Positions 55,915-64,000 of a stretch of 64,000 nt of DNA are shown piece after piece. Origin of the DNA: Tubiluchus corallicola. Lineage: Eukaryota > Animalia > Priapulida. Within the stretch, counting starts at the first letter, position 1, and each line of letters starts with the position of its first letter. A program made the translations under genes and the position numbers. The notes below the pieces were generated by a model. The model worked only from the letters and a program-made list of their open reading frames with translations. It had not been told where the DNA came from and did no database searches. Location: the NCBI GenBank assembly GCA_030141605.1, contig JAQGDQ010000236.1, positions 1 through 64,000 of the forward strand. The letters are read 5' to 3'.

Positions 55915-58767
55915 AAAACCAGTGGTCACTATAAATGTCACAGCTTTTTCAATTCTGACATTGTGCTTAATGTGCTTAATTTGCTCATTATTATTAATAC
56001 CAGGGGCAGTGCACTGAAATTTTTAAATTAGTTTAAACAGCGCATAGCATATTATTTAAATCATAATGCTCGATGAAAAACAAGTAAGTAGGCACTATTA
56101 GAAATATAGATAAACAATGAACCTATACTTTTTTGTGAGTAATACGTTCGTAGCAATTTTCACGTTTTTGAAACGTTTTTGTTATAATTTATGCATAGTT
56201 TGCATCTTGTAGATTTTCTTGTACAGTTTAAGTCGTTAAGGGAAAGTCTGTTAAACTGGCATTAGTTTTGTAAACATTCATCAGTGTCATTCATCTGTGA
56301 TTAAAATTCGTCCATTGTTTCAGTACTCATTTTTCACGAATTTATTAAAATACAATCAAAATACATGCTTTTCAGAATATAAATTTGTTAGATTAAACTT
56401 CTCAGGTGTAATGTGTTATTTCACCTTTTCAATTTTACTACATTATAGTGCAGTGAATCTATTCAGGTGCAGATACCATTTAACCGGTTTACTATAAACT
56501 GCTACATGCCTATGAGCAAAATATACATAAACTCATTTCTTCACGAGGGCGCCTCAAAATTTGTATTTTTTCAATATAATTCTGTGCCAGCTGTCTGAAA
56601 GCCTGCTGTACCCTGCCTGTCCGTCAATGGCATGCATAAATGTTCTATTGTCCAAGGTCGAAATAGTTCCAGTTCACTGCATTCTATAATTCCCATGGAA
56701 GTAAGCCCGTAGAAAAAGCGTGAGCTGTACAGACTGCAGTATTCAGTTTGCATGTACATGGTCTAAAGGGATCGATATAAGCGCAGTATTACGACTTGTA
56801 CTTTGTATTGGGTATCTGTGCCGGGAGATAAATAGATTATGCGCTTTAATGATTGTCAAAAAAACTAGGCTGGTGTTTATTACGAAGTCATAAGTTTAAG
56901 ATTCTGGATTACGACCAAAACTGTAAATGCTGACTGCAAAAAATCTTTGCTGACTTGATCTTTGTTTCAACATCATAATTTTGCTATGCTTGATTACCTG
57001 GAAAATCCATTTTATTGCAACCCCATTTTAACCCTTTTGCCCATGGCACGTGACCTGACCTCGCCCACTTTTTGAAGTCTTACTGCACATTTACCCTTGC
57101 CAACCTACCCCATTCAAAAACATAGGCTTCTAGTCAAATAGTGTATGTAGATAAAGCCACTCGCCCTAATTTTTACATTTTGGCCCTGCTGCTGTGACCT
57201 TGGACCTGTCATGATCCCCATGCCGTTTTGTGATTGTCTTTGCCAGTTACCTACCCTGCAACTTTGGTGGTACCTTTATTGCACCTATGGAGTTATTGGC
57301 AATACCCCGTTTTAACATTTTCACCCATGTCACGTGACCTGACCATGCCCACTTCGAAAAATGCTTTGTTTACGCCTACACTCGCCCACCTATCCATACT
57401 TGCATAAACATTCAGTGACTCTAAGTCCAATACTGTAAGCATAGTGTATGTGCAATACAATATCCAATACAGTGCATAAGCATGGATGAACTTAAAAAGC
57501 GTATTAAGGTTTTAGTGAATTGAATGTGGTACACTACAATTATTATTAACTTTAAAATTATTAAAAACTAAAAACAATTTGCTGAATCAGAAACACTTTA
57601 ACTGCAGTGACTAACGGGTGCTAATATATATTCGCTAACGGGTGGTAATACATCACTATACCACTGCCTGAGCCCCCACCCCAGTATATGCATAATTGCA
57701 TATATCATGTAAATTCAATACAATTTGGCTAGAAAAATCTGCACTGGATTTAAAAGAAACCATGTTGTGTGAGTTATGCCAATACCTCATTAAACAAAAT
57801 ATAGAATTACCCTGTAGAAATAATTTTCGAAGGGTATAATGTTAGCTTTATCACAAGAAGAGAATGAATTATGAAAAGGAAAAACAAAGAAAGAGAAAGA
57901 CCAAAATGAGAACCATTAATTGCTAACATATACATTTTAACTATTAGCGTACACAAAACAACAGTACAATCAAACAAACAATATTAATCAGTGTAATCAA
58001 AAACTAATCATCTATATAAACTAATCAAATCTATAAATAAGCCGTCTAAAACGAGAGTAATGTGTGTGCAATCTACGACACTGTATCTACACATTCCCAA
58101 TGAGAGTTTGGGCGGCAGAAGTCTTTTATAGCAATGTGTTCTGCCTATAAATACATATCTTCCGTTGTTCAAGCTTTTCTGCTTTGGTAATTAAAAAATT
58201 AAGGGCAATTTAGGAACCTCGGCCATTCAGCGCTTTTCCCCTTTAAAGTATGAAATTTTTCCAATCTTCCACCTTTCCTTTACAGAATTATAAATTATTG
58301 GTCCCTCAGAACTGCTAACATCACTGTTCACGTGGGAGGGGGCGATCCTCCCTCTCCTCTCGCATAACTCGGTAAATGAGTGCGCCCAAAACGCTCCATC
58401 ATTTTTTCTTCACTAAGTCTTACTACCATCAACATCAATTACTGTATTCATATTCATAACATACAAAATTTTGCTCGTGTCGTCTGTTAAGTGCAAGCGG
58501 CAAGGTGTCGTCAGGATAGTCAATCTTTCAAAGCCCTGGCAGACTGCATGTTTCGGGGGTGGAAAAACATCGTCAAAACATTATCAAAATTCAAGCTAAA
58601 ACAATGGTAGAAACATGTTAAAACTCATAGCTCCTCTTGTCCCACGGACAGCTGCGCTTTGCATAGTGCCGTCGTGAATATACATCCACTAAGGACCTCC
58701 TTCCCGTCTATTACTCATCAAAGATAATCTACACAAAGCCATTTTCACTAGATGTCAAAGTAAGATA

Positions 58768-59420
58768 CCGTAAAACGGGGTGAGTTCGCCACCCGAGGGT
58801 GAGTTCGCCACCCCTTACGTAATGGCCATTGTAGGTTTGCTGTAACTGTTGTTCAGTGTTTAATGAACAGATATCATAATCACCGTCATTATAAGCAGTT
58901 TGCGATAGTTATCTTCTTTCAATTCGCACTAGAAGTATTCCATTCTGCGCTACATATTATTTGTCTACTATTTCTTGCTACTTAACATGCCACGCACCTG
59001 CACCCCTGTACCGGGTCATAGATACCAAAATTATACCCCAGAAGCTCTGGAAGCTGCCCTACGTGCCGTCAAGAATACCAACAGGACAATCAACGCAGCG
59101 GCGAGGCAATTCGGAGTTCCAAGAAATACCCTTTCTGACAAACTCTCAGGAAGTCATCCGCGGAAGACCGGAGGTCAGCCAGTGTTCTCCGCCGCCGAGG
59201 AGCACGAAATCGCCAACACTCCAAGTGGCCGCTGAATGGGGGTTCCCAATGACTGTCATCGATCTCCGACTACTGATTAAGAGCGTTCTTGACGCGAAGG
59301 GAATCCAGGAACGACGATTCAAGGCAAACACCCCTGGAATAGACTTTGTCAAATCATTCGCCCGAAGGAACAATCTGGTTTTCAGAGTGGCTGGCAACAT
59401 CAAGGGCGCCCGTCTTACGG
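58768..59420 (+). mobile_element. pogo-family (HTH_psq + CENP-B HTH) transposon deletion derivative
   Basis: TA|CCGTAAAACGGG ... CCCGTCTTACGG|TA; duplicated subterminal GGGTGAGTTCGCCACCC; ORF from ATG 58987 (YTPEALEAALRAV..AARQFGVPRNTL..GGQPVFS..EE / WGFPMT..DLR..PGIDFVKSF..R) with one frameshift at about 59220; no DDE domain. Confidence 0.88.
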
Positions 59421-59435
59421 TATTAATAATATATT

Positions 59436-59579
<144 letters not shown>

Positions 59580-61773
59580 CCAAATAGCGGTAAGGGAGGG
59601 CACTGTGAAGAGTCCTGTACCATTTATTAACATTGCCCATCAAGAACCACTTTCTCATTTACATCATCGTCATTTAAAACAACTTTAATATTTCGCTACG
59701 GTCATATGGCTTTGTGTAATGCATTTTCATTCAGATTTCATTTACAAATTTGTAAACTTAATAGGGACATACTCACAGGAGACCCAATCTCCGGGCTGCC
59801 TTCAATTCCTCCATCTCACTGTTGCAAAGTATACCGAGCCATGCTTTCGGTTCATATTTTTACGTTGCATAATATTTTCAATATAATATTATCTTCATTC
59901 ACGTATGTTTATATTTTGAAATGATGTAATTACGTTAGCATATTACTTACCTCATCTACAATCTCGTATATCTTTTAGGATTATTAATTGCGTCATACTT
60001 CTCTAATGACGTCATCTTTAAGTTCATGTTTTTTCAATTTGTTATATAGTAAACCTATTAATTGGTATTTAAATATTTATTAAGTAATTAACTTAAAGTT
60101 AATGAGCCTTTTATTAAATAATTTAACAATCAGTATTTCTGTCCACTGTATATACCAACTTTCTTGTTGTTATAATTGTCATTTGAATAATTAATTGTTT
60201 GCTTGCAAAGTGACATTTTGTTACTAATACATTTAATTTTTGTTGTATATACATTGACAGTTCAACATTTTCTCATTATACTACGTATAATTTGTCATTA
60301 TTATACCCACAGTTTTGTAAATTAGTATTTTTGTATACCCTATAGACATGTTTTGTTAACAGAATTATTTTTTCACATAATTATTTTTTCCCAATGCTCT
60401 TTGTAAATATTTCGTTATATCTTTGATATTCCATTGTTGTATTATATGCCATCAACTATTTTTTCGTATTTCGTTTTTCCGATACATTATAGTTTTTGAT
60501 ATTCCATAAATATAATGTCTTTAACTGACATCGTCAGCTGTTAGTTAATGATACAATAATAATAATTATAAAAAATTTCATGATTTTTATGATTTTTATT
60601 ATTGTATCTCTACCTTACAGCTGACGAAGTCTGTGACGGACGAAAGTTCCCGGAAAAATAAAAGTTACTTGAGATTTAAAGGGCACTTTGCCTTCTTTAT
60701 GACTGTGCCTGCATTTATTAACAATAAGCATTTAAGCTGGCAACCAAGTACCATGGCAAGTCTCAGAAGAGCACTATCTTATTTAAACGCAGGCACCCCT
60801 AACACGAAGCAATACGTGACGTTTTATTGAGGTGACGGAGTACTGGTTTCTATATTCATAATACACGTAGCATACGACAACATTAATGAAGAACAAGTTT
60901 GCATTCTAAACTGTTCTAAACTTATTTAAAACAACCGCACGTTTCGAGCTAGGCTGAAACACAAATCCAAATTACTCAGTGATGAAATTATATTCATATC
61001 CTTCAACTTTTGCGTTTAGTACAAAAGTGCCTCGTGGTTATGCAGTATAATTAATTGATTTTTTGTTAAATATCATTTACTAGCTTTTGTTCATAATTGT
61101 GGTGGTTGTCATTTTAATTTTTCGATCTAATCTTTAATTATTGTCTTTCTCGACCAACACCAAATAATAAACAAATTTGTTCTACAAATATAATTTATTC
61201 ATTTCAACCACTTTTGGACACCGACAATAAAATAATTATAATTCTATTGTTTTAGACCCATTTATCATTTTGTGGGAAGATGATTTTTTAAGCCATCTCA
61301 TCTTGCTCTTTACACATGATTGCATTCATTCAGCCCTTTCTGTTCACCTTACTTTGAATCATGGACGAAACACGCTAACCATGGGAAATTACTTGTGCTT
61401 AAAAACTACAAATAGAATAATCAATTAGAACTCAATCAACAATCAATCGATAATCAATAATCAATAAATACTTTATAAAATAAAAATAAGACACTTAAAT
61501 ATAAATAACTGATATTTCATTGCCCACACCTGTAGTGCATCATAAAAATGAATTGGGAATTTAAAAAATAAAAAATGTCACCTCAAATAAGATTACTGTC
61601 AGCAAACATCAGAATCTCAAGATTACACGGCATGTGACTTTCATTTTTTCTGAACTCTCTATTTCCAAAAAATGATTAGGTAAGTTGTAAGCTTTGAAAA
61701 AGTCCAGTACCGCCGCACCGCTACGTACAACTGATATAAAAGTTAATATTATGTAAAATAGCAGTATACAAGT

Positions 61774-63886
61774 TTATCTATACCTGCTGTAATAATTAAA
61801 CGCTGCAAGTCTGTTTATATCATCGCGAACCGTGGCGGCCTGCTCGTGAATTTTCCTGATCTTTTGCAAGAACGTAACCCACTGTGCTGCTGTTAGGCCG
61901 GAGATGCAAAACTCCTTTTCTTTGACTTCAACGAAAGGACAGGCGCTTGGACAAAAATAACTCACATCTCCAGTAAGTTCAACGTCGTCAATAACCCAGC
62001 TCGTTAAATCGCCATAGATGTTAAGACAATTTTTGGCCAGTTCAGCTGCAAATATTAGAATTAATATTATACTCTTCTTATAACAAATATTAAATGCTAG
62101 CAGTGTGTAGCTTACAATACGTTCTCAGTAATAGTTCAGTGGGCTTCAGAAAATATAGTGGGCTAATAGAAGCAAAGACGGGCAGATCCACACTTGTCTA
62201 CTGAATGTACTGTAAAACAATTATTTGTACTGTAAGGTAGATTATTTGACCTTCGACATGAAAAATATATAGCTTTCATTTGGAAGTGAATAAACTGGCA
62301 TAATTTTGATTATTTTTCATGTGAACTTCCATTAATTTTCATTGTGGCATCTGTTGTTCAAGTTGCGTGCAAATGCTGTACTTTATTCTTATGATATTTT
62401 AATTTAATGTAAGGAATGTAATGTAATTTCCAGAGAATCTCGAAGTGACACGAAGTCTCAGATTCCACTGACTAGCAGCATTGTACTAGATGAAGCCAGA
62501 TATTGCAAAAGCATTTGACGAGTATTTCGCGGGCGTTAAAACCTCAGCAAGCCACACAGACTGGATTTGATGCAGAACTACTACTCCGCGCACTCTTGAT
62601 TGGCCAGAGCCAACTCAGTCAAGCTTAAGAAAGGAGTGAAAAGTTGGGTAATGGGCACTACTTCCGTTCCTGGGAACTGGGCTAGCGCACGGAAGGAATG
62701 AGGGTTGATGGGACACATGTGTTCAGCTTCCTGTCTAAGGCCGTAAGGCGCTCCATGAACGGAGACAAGCAGCCGTTCATCACTAAAGAACTATTCAATC
62801 CTTAGAACCCTCCGCTACGAGACAAAAACCAAAAAGACACTGACAACCGCATGAAACCCCTTATTGCAATGGCCTCAGAGAGCTCTTGATTTGCAACAGT
62901 CAGTGAAGAAAGAGATGTCGTTGGCCTGTGTATCACTTTGAGTCGCACACCTTAGAGGAACATGATAAAGTGTCCCTCGCCATGGACAAGTGTTTCCATT
63001 TCCTAGTAGTCCACGAAATGATCATGTCTCCGGGACTAGACTAAAGAAAACACAAGCATTACGGATATTTTATACCATAATAGGCTGCGACACACTTTCT
63101 TCTTTTGCAAGCATGGCATTTGTGCAAAGTGGAAATCATTTCCTCAACTGGCCAAGGCTCCTAATGATCGTTATATTTGGGGTCGCAGTCTGGTCTCTGC
63201 TTCAGTACAACTTCCTCCTCAGACTCCTAGAAAGGTAGAATCAGAGCCAAGCTTGAGAAAAGGATATGAAGAGGGTGCTAATGCTGAGAACTGAGCCAGG
63301 TTAACAAACTATGACTGGTTATGACGTTTTCCAGGCAACCTCTCAAGGACCAGCCTGCATTTGCACTTGCATATTATAAGTTCTTGGCAAAACCATGGTG
63401 TTAGACAGAATTATTCTTTGCTATTGAGGGTGATAAAATAATATGAGTTAACCACAATAATAAGTTAATGCATAAGTTCCAGTTAAGCAAATCCGCAAAA
63501 TAACTCTCCTTCAGTTTCAGCTCTGTCTAATTTATCCACAAAACTTTGTTCTGGGTTAACTAGAGATCGAAAATCATCGATCAAAATTACGTACCAGTTA
63601 TGACCGAGCTCTGTACTGAAAATAACAACATAAAACAGTCGAAGATTTGCGCAAATAAACAAGTATTTTAGTAGAATACCTACTACGCTGTTTTCATTAT
63701 TCGAAGATTGTTAATAGCACAGTGTTACCGCTCGGTACTTACCAATGTCTTCATCAAATAGAGCTTCTGAAAAGGATACAAAGCCTGAAATAAACCCATT
63801 GTATTGGCTGAGAAATGGTTTGGTTGAAGCACCAAGTTCAGCACGGAATGAGCTATCGCTGTTTACGTCAGCTATTTCGAAGGTTT
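61774..63886 (-). CDS. 3' two exons of a second pentraxin/LamG-like gene with C-terminal helical tail (continues beyond the window)
   Basis: Exons 63886-63743 (..AELGAS..YNGFISGFVSFSEALFDEDI) and 62045-61774 (AELAKNCLNIYGDLTSW..GDV..LTAAQWVTFL..*); same phase-1 introns and LTxAQ motif as the 40-41 kb exons. Confidence 0.75.
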
Positions 63887-64000
63887 CTAGACAATAACAA
63901 TAGATTGATTCCATTAGATTTTAGCTGTGAAGTTTTCGTCTGCTAATAATAATAATTAAAATAAATAAATGCTACACGCTCACCAACTTAAACTATTAAG

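Noticed and set aside
62990-63238. 82-aa ORF containing FYTIIGCDTLSSF
   Set aside because: Resembles the FH..TGCDT.S.F motif of transposon-associated proteins; a short intronic remnant, not a gene

Overview
AT-rich, intron- and repeat-rich eukaryotic (invertebrate animal) genomic DNA; no prokaryotic operons, rRNA, tRNA or CRISPR. By hand-splicing GT-AG exons with consistent phases I recover five loci. (1) A 4-exon neurotrophin-family cystine-knot gene (9251-15365, -). (2) An intact 12-coding-exon, 771-aa gene fusing an acyl-CoA-dehydrogenase-fold domain that lacks the catalytic Glu to a cytochrome-b5-reductase/FNR-type module (20218-34657, -); this is a candidate self-sufficient flavin monooxygenase. 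(3) A lesioned pentraxin-domain gene with a C-terminal helical tail (40218-51176, -). (4) An intronless DHRS4-like SDR (55123-55914, +). (5) The 3' end of a second pentraxin-like paralog (61774-63886, -). Three consecutive introns of the ACAD-reductase gene carry retroelement-derived ribozyme folds: a TSD-flanked RTE-derived element starting with a twister ribozyme, a Penelope remnant, and two tandem sense-strand HDV-like ribozymes. The rest is LINE fragments, hAT/Tc1/pogo MITEs, minisatellites and microsatellites. All homology calls come from motif recognition by eye, not from database searches.
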